A stretch of 64,000 nt of DNA from Macrostomum lignano (lineage: Eukaryota), in NCBI GenBank assembly GCA_002269645.1, contig NIVC01000788.1, positions 186,001-250,000 of the forward strand. Direction: 5' to 3'. Position numbers and translations under genes: made by a program. This document shows, in pieces, positions 61,401 through 64,000 of the stretch (position 1 is the first letter of the stretch; the number at the start of each line of letters is the position of its first letter). Under the pieces are notes generated by a model. That model made no database searches, was not told where the DNA came from, and was given only the letters and a program-made list of their open reading frames with translations.

Positions 61401-62957
61401 GGATTGAGATGGTGAGAAGGGAGATTGAGATTGTGAGAAGGGGGATTGAGATGGTGAGAAGGGAGATTGAGATTGTGAGAAGGGAGATTGAGATGGTGAG
61501 GAGTGAGATTGAGATGGTGAGAAGGGTGATTGAGATATTGAGACGGTGAGAAGGGAGATTGAGATGGTGAGAAGGGAGATTGAGATGGTGAGAAGGGGTA
61601 ATGAGATTCTGAGAAGGGGGAATGAGATCAAGCTTTGCCCCTCACCAGCGGCAGCGACTTCGTCCTCCAACGGGTCCCGTTCCTCGCCTTCGGCGGCCCA
61701 TTTGGCGCTGGACACCACAGCTAGGATGGCGCCTTTCAGCTTCCGCCTAGAATTGAACCGCTTCATCTCTTCCACAGACTCGCTCAGGTGCAGCTTGGGC
61801 ACCCGGCTTCTGTCGGCAATCCACGGATGCCGGAGCGCCTCATCGACTGTCATTCGCCGTTTCGGGTCAAGGTCGAGCAGCCGGTTGACCAGGTCTTTCG
61901 CCTCGGTGGATATGTGGCTCCACACGCGAGGCTTCATCTGGGGAGCGGGGGCAGTGTGGCCCTTATGATTGCATAGCAAGCCCTAAGCTAGTCTAGCAAT
62001 TTTTGCGCGTACTTACTCACTTCAAAAAGCAGTCAATAATGAATACTCGTATTTACTAAGAGTAGTATCTGCTGGAGTCCTAGAAAATAAATAAATACGC
62101 TTACCCGACACCGGCCGCTAAGGATCTGCTCAAACAGCAAATTGCCTGTGCCGCAGAAGGGCAGGGAGCCGCTCAGCAGGGTGAACAGCAGAACGCCGCA
62201 GCCCCACGCGTCCACAGGCTTGCCGTACGGCTCGCGACGGACAACCTCCGGGGCCATGAAGTGCGGCGTGCCGATACGGCCTGAGGGATTGTAGGTGAGT
62301 ATGAGGTAGATAGCTGTGTATAGGGTGCAGCTACCCTCAGGTCCTTCAGCAGTACCACTCAGGTCCTTCAGCAGTACCACTCAGGTCCTTCAGCGGTACC
62401 CCTCAGGTTCTTCAGTGGTACCCTTAGGTCTTTCAGCGGTACCCCTCAGGTCTTCAGCGGTACCCCACTCAAGTCCATCAGCGGGTACGCCACTCAATTT
62501 CTTCAGTGGGTACGCCACTCAAATCCTTCAGTGGGTACCCCATTTAAGTCCTTCAGCCGGTACGCCATTTAACTCTCCAATGCAATATTACAAATCAAAT
62601 TTGAGCCTAAAAACCTAAAGCAAGCAGAAAAACTTGCCAAATCCTACTTAAAATAGTTGGTAAAGCGCGTTTTACTGCGAATCTAATTTGGATTGCAAAT
62701 AAAAAGTTAGGCCGAGTTCTATAATAACACAATATCACAATTGCTTATCTGTCTGTTGGCCACTTATCAGTTCTCATACAAGTACAAAAATGACAAAATA
62801 CACCCACTGGCCAGACACAAATAACGGACACAATTTCTAAGGGCGGAATCTGTCAGCCAACGGTGATATTTGCTGATAGGCAGAAGGCGCATCTGCTTAC
62901 CCATCTGGTCGGGTCTTAGGCTTATAGAGATATCTTGGTCTACATTAATTGGCGTGC
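22297..62957 (-). CDS. CASK: CASK/LIN-2 MAGUK gene, multi-exon span (5' kinase exons not found in the window, presumably beyond 64000)
   Basis: Twelve core exons join in frame at GT-AG sites with consistent phases. They give CaMK-like, L27N, L27C, PDZ, SH3, HOOK and GUK domains ending WVPVNWVY*, matching the CASK C-terminus (WVPVSWVY). Confidence 0.97.
22568..22866 (-). CDS. CASK: CASK GUK exon (HTTR...[16 protein letters not shown]...LDVEPQAL...FIAAP)
   Basis: Acceptor ccaacccgcag, donor AAT|gtgagt, 299 nt. Confidence 0.97.
22940..23305. repeat. About 35-bp array with a ccaatcagaatcag core, filling most of a CASK intron
   Basis: Tandem periodicity. Confidence 0.93.
23326..23767 (-). CDS. 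CASK: CASK exon, SH3 end, HOOK and GUK start (...[11 protein letters not shown]...[13 protein letters not shown]...[15 protein letters not shown]...YPIP)
   Basis: Acceptor attttcgcag, donor C|gtgaga, 442 nt, phase 0 to 1. Confidence 0.95.
23788..24570. repeat. 25-bp array cagtagggtagagagtagagtggat, filling a CASK intron
   Basis: Tandem periodicity. Confidence 0.95.
24598..24729 (-). CDS. CASK: CASK SH3 exon ([44 protein letters not shown])
   Basis: Acceptor aacccgcag, donor CAG|gtcagc, 132 nt. Confidence 0.96.
24800..25226. repeat. Degenerate array of about 15-bp gaagcttggggattt
   Basis: Tandem periodicity. Confidence 0.9.
25280..25348 (-). CDS. CASK: CASK PDZ C-terminal exon B ([23 protein letters not shown]); missed by the ORF track
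   Basis: Acceptor gattgcag, donor GAG|gtaaaa, 69 nt, phase 0-0. Matches canonical REMRGSITFKIVPSYR...CE. Confidence 0.94.
25841..25942 (-). CDS. CASK: CASK alternative PDZ C-terminal exon A ([34 protein letters not shown])
   Basis: GC-rich 102-nt island in an AT-rich intron, bounded by ccag| and GAG|gtactt, phase 0-0. The first 13 aa are paralogous to exon B (RGxVTL[RK][LI]V). Confidence 0.72.
26029..26134 (+). mobile_element. tRNA-derived element (SINE head or tRNA pseudogene) with intact Pol III A and B boxes, antisense to CASK
   Basis: A box TAGCCCAGCGG at 26036-46, B box GGTTCGAATC at 26090-99, T5 at 26130-34. The acceptor and T stems do not pair, so this is not a functional tRNA. Confidence 0.55.
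26286..26371 (-). CDS. CASK: CASK PDZ exon ([29 protein letters not shown])
   Basis: Acceptor tttttcctcag, donor CTG|gtgtgt, 86 nt. Confidence 0.96.
26467..26545 (-). CDS. CASK: CASK PDZ exon ([26 protein letters not shown])
   Basis: Acceptor attgtag, donor G|gtgagt, 79 nt. Contains the [12 protein letters not shown] signature. Confidence 0.96.
26619..26801 (-). CDS. CASK: CASK exon, L27C end to PDZ start ([14 protein letters not shown]...[14 protein letters not shown])
   Basis: Acceptor cacccgcag, donor ATG|gtgagc, 183 nt. Confidence 0.96.
27083..27118 (-). CDS. CASK: Candidate alternative first coding exon [12 protein letters not shown] (short PDZ-SH3-GUK isoform)
   Basis: ATG directly after an in-frame TAA. 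Donor TGG|gtaagc in phase 0, matching the exon at 26801. A GC-rich leader-like region lies at 27120-27600. Confidence 0.45.
27763..28412. repeat. Array of about 23-bp ttcagggcgattcttggggagga
   Basis: Tandem periodicity. Confidence 0.94.
28852..29663. repeat. 31-bp array (cagcaccaacaccccattatataccccagag) with 14-bp inserts
   Basis: Tandem periodicity. Confidence 0.95.
30560..31410. repeat. 26-bp array catttgatgactgagagacagtgggt
   Basis: Tandem periodicity. Confidence 0.96.
31495..31668 (-). CDS. CASK: CASK exon, end of L27N and start of L27C ([10 protein letters not shown]...[12 protein letters not shown]); missed by the ORF track
   Basis: Acceptor ctttcctgtcag, donor AGG|gtgaga, 174 nt, phase 0-0. 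Aligns with CASK LYDKIN...LTQPHFM. Confidence 0.94.
32735..33500. repeat. Array of about 21-22-bp gtcaggagcaccaagattggtt / gtcaggagtggcaagagtggt
   Basis: Two alternating variants. Confidence 0.94.
35125..35890. repeat. 23-bp array agatccctacaactaaagatccc
   Basis: Tandem periodicity. Confidence 0.94.
36365..36632 (+). mobile_element. SINE family A, copy 3 (opposite orientation, 3' truncated)
   Basis: Reverse complement of copies 1, 2 and 4; begins with the tRNA-like head. Confidence 0.75.
37245..39072. repeat. 22-bp array aaccgattgggattatgaattg with higher-order blocks
   Basis: Tandem periodicity. Confidence 0.96.
39620..39934 (-). mobile_element. tRNA-derived SINE family B with CORE/MIR-like central domain, full-length copy
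   Basis: Minus strand has a tRNA head (GTAGCCTACTGG...GGTTCGATTCC), then ccttgagcaaggcacttaactc...ctgtaaaatggg resembling the MIR/CORE consensus, then an (ATT)n-like tail. Confidence 0.75.
41118..42545 (-). CDS. Large intronic ORF, candidate alternative first exon of CASK (476 aa, Q/A/P/S-rich, Cys motifs); unspliced read-through gives the 564-aa ORF to 40851
   Basis: Non-repetitive, GC-rich 1.4-kb ORF with aatATG and an upstream in-frame TAG. Donor CAG|gtaaca falls after codon 476 (phase 0), matching the phase-0 acceptor at 31668. Confidence 0.7.
43484..43502 (-). promoter_or_regulatory. TATA box (TATAAATA) with adjacent GC box; candidate internal promoter for the 41118-42545 exon
   Basis: Minus strand reads gggcggggcgaTATAAATAgcg. 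It is followed by a pyrimidine-rich leader ending in donor GGG|gtgagc at 43121-2, upstream of the ATG at 42545. Confidence 0.45.
45835..46612. repeat. 34-bp array ggatcccacatcccgaatcacaaatccagatcat
   Basis: Tandem periodicity. Confidence 0.96.
46910..47170 (-). mobile_element. SINE family B copy with an internal deletion of about 40 bp in the CORE region
   Basis: Aligns to 39620-39934 but jumps from ggcacccatt to gctcaaggac. Confidence 0.75.
47518..49352. repeat. 35-bp array (gagagcacaaattccagatcccaaatcccgaatct) switching near 48640 to a related 28-bp unit (gagactccgaattccagatccgaaatct)
   Basis: Tandem periodicity; source of the 722- and 691-aa ORFs. Confidence 0.97.
50035..50830. repeat. 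20-bp array ccaatctgagaaccgaaatt
   Basis: Tandem periodicity with one block of about 288 bp duplicated. Confidence 0.95.
51545..52203. repeat. 69-bp array of about 9 units with internal palindromes
   Basis: The 23-aa periodicity of ORF 51550..52170 reflects the unit. Contains agttctagaact and ccgatt-ttct-aatcgg. Confidence 0.96.
53025..53275 (+). pseudogene. Possible decayed CR1/L2-type LINE ORF2 C-terminal fragment
   Basis: The frame [17 protein letters not shown] resembles the RLxxLGLxxLExRR motif of CR1/L2 ORF2 ends. Only this weak motif supports the call. Confidence 0.2.
53530..54545. repeat. ctatcaat-based repeat homogenising into 24-bp cagtctatcaatctatcaatcgac
   Basis: Tandem periodicity. 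Confidence 0.96.
54714..54832 (-). CDS. CASK: CASK exon, L27N ([40 protein letters not shown])
   Basis: Acceptor ctttatcag, donor GAG|gtaggc, 119 nt. Aligns with CASK [22 protein letters not shown]. Confidence 0.95.
55380..55768. repeat. 18-bp array acagcattcactatcctg
   Basis: Tandem periodicity. Confidence 0.96.
55973..56006 (-). CDS. CASK: Candidate alternative first coding exon [11 protein letters not shown] (kinase-less CASK isoform)
   Basis: aatATG with an upstream in-frame TAG. Perfect donor AAG|gtaagt in phase 1, matching the phase-1 acceptor of the L27N exon at 54832. Confidence 0.5.
56745..57035 (-). mobile_element. SINE family B copy, slightly 5' truncated
   Basis: Aligns to 39620-39934 up to gagtccgacgct. 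Confidence 0.75.
57658..57985 (-). mobile_element. SINE family A, copy 4
   Basis: Near full-length match to copy 1. Confidence 0.75.
59525..61628. repeat. 21-bp array gagatggtgagaagggggatt, beginning about 17 nt into the intron after the 61646 donor
   Basis: Tandem periodicity. Confidence 0.97.
61646..61937 (-). CDS. CASK: CASK exon, kinase C-lobe end and calmodulin-binding segment ([10 protein letters not shown]...[17 protein letters not shown]...)
   Basis: Acceptor ctccccag, donor G|gtgagg, 292 nt, phase 0 to 1. Contains the RRKLKGAIL CaM-binding motif. Confidence 0.96.
62105..62280 (-). CDS. CASK: CASK exon, kinase subdomains VIII-X ([29 protein letters not shown]...GRCR)
   Basis: Acceptor ccctcag at 62281-2, donor gtaagc at 62103-4, 176 nt. 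Close match to the CASK CaMK-like domain. Confidence 0.96.
62332..62570. repeat. 22-bp array gtaccactcaggtccttcagca
   Basis: Tandem periodicity. Confidence 0.9.
62901..62957 (-). CDS. CASK: CASK 57-nt exon, kinase activation segment (G)[18 protein letters not shown](G)
   Basis: Acceptor ctttacttactacag and donor G|gtaagc. Phase 1-1, matching the next exon. Only the CASK-compatible frame is open; the other two have TAG/TAA. Confidence 0.65.
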
Positions 62958-63842
62958 CTGTAGTAAGTAAAGCAGTACATATGCATAATAGCTATGTACT
63001 TATAAACGAGCTAAATAGTAACATTACAAAAACATTTTTATCAGGCGGCACAATTACCCCCTTTGGAGAGAAATCTCTCGTTGCTTATCTGCGCTCTCAC
63101 GGCAACACGACTTTGCTTCTTCTAGCACGTCTGACAGTAAGGCTTTTATCTAAGTGTGCGAGTTCCTAGACAAGATCTTAGGCAATATAAATTCTCTCCG
63201 ACCTCACTTGCTTACTAACCGCGGCTGAATCTGCTTAACTATCCAATCTCTGTGAAATGCGCTAGAAATTATTGAAGTTTTTGTATTTTTATACAAAGAT
63301 CATTTGAAAGCCAGGAACTTAGCTGCAGGCTGCATTATCTGGCAGGGTAAACATACTACTGGAACATATACTACTGCATATTTTCGATTCCCATCCGATA
63401 ATAGGCCTGCGATAAAACACCAGATTTGATGCAATGCATTTCGTCAAAAAAATAGAAAAATCAGTTTATGATTAGTCTATGGTCAAAACACTGCCCACAG
63501 ACATAAACATAGACAGAAAACGACAGATCTTTACTGAATGGCAGTCGATGCTTGAGCATGATTTCAATGAGCTAAAAAATCAACAACAGTTTTGAAAACA
63601 ATGTAAACTTTAAATTACAATCGGCAAACTACAGAAAACATAAAAACCACTAACTGCATATGTACTTCTGTACACTGTACAAGATCAAAAAACGTCACTG
63701 GCAGTCTATAATAGAGGTTGCTGCTGGCATCCTTCTTTGTGCTGATGTCTATGGCCAAAATTATCAACTCTTCTACGGGCGACCTCTCTTCTACAGTTCT
63801 ACCATAGACAAAATAACTCGTCTATGGGTGGGTGAAGGGTAA

Positions 63843-63930
63843 GGCGTTGCTCAGCTGCGGCAGGCGATAGCGGACGCCTGGCAAATACTTCCGCGGGATT
63901 ACCTTTGGCGTCTTAGTCTGGGGAGTGCCT
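63843..63930 (+). pseudogene. Possible Tc1/mariner transposase C-terminal remnant
   Basis: VAQLRQAIADAWQILPRDYLWRL resembles the L..AI...W..IP...L..L helix after the catalytic domain. It is preceded by a stop. Confidence 0.25.
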
Positions 63931-64000
63931 GTCCAAGGAGTTTTATAATTAGCAATCTGGAGTGGAACGAGGTTTTATCTCATGAGGCCACGGAAATTGT

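Noticed and set aside
63058-63130. Exon-like segment (DVLEEAKSCCRESADKQREISLQR) upstream of the 57-nt exon
   Set aside because: 73 nt ending in phase 2 in its open frame, so it cannot join the phase-1 CASK exons, and it has no CASK similarity.

Overview
Eukaryotic, intron-rich animal genomic DNA. GC-rich exons, polyQ/A/G tracts and a very high minisatellite load suggest a free-living flatworm such as Macrostomum; that assignment is inference only. The right two-thirds holds a minus-strand CASK/LIN-2/caki gene, which I reconstructed exon by exon from GT-AG sites and matching phases. It runs CaMK-like domain (its 5' exons are not found in the window), L27, L27, PDZ, SH3, HOOK and GUK, with the stop at 22297. 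Downstream on the same strand is an intronless alpha2-adrenergic/Oct-alpha2-like GPCR (11845-12966) with candidate 5' exons. The most interesting signal is hidden isoform architecture in CASK. (i) A duplicated, probably mutually exclusive exon pair encodes the last PDZ strand (25841-25942 vs 25280-25348). (ii) Three phase-matched candidate alternative first exons sit in successive introns: 55973-56006; a 476-codon exon at 41118-42545 with an upstream TATA/GC box; and 27083-27118. Together they would strip the CaMK, L27N and L27C modules stepwise. (iii) A 57-nt exon encodes the activation segment. About 33 unrelated tandem arrays cover roughly 35-40% of the window by hand tally and explain nearly all long ORFs in the track. 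Two tRNA-derived SINE families are present. All isoform calls are sequence-only predictions that need RNA evidence, and repeat boundaries are approximate.
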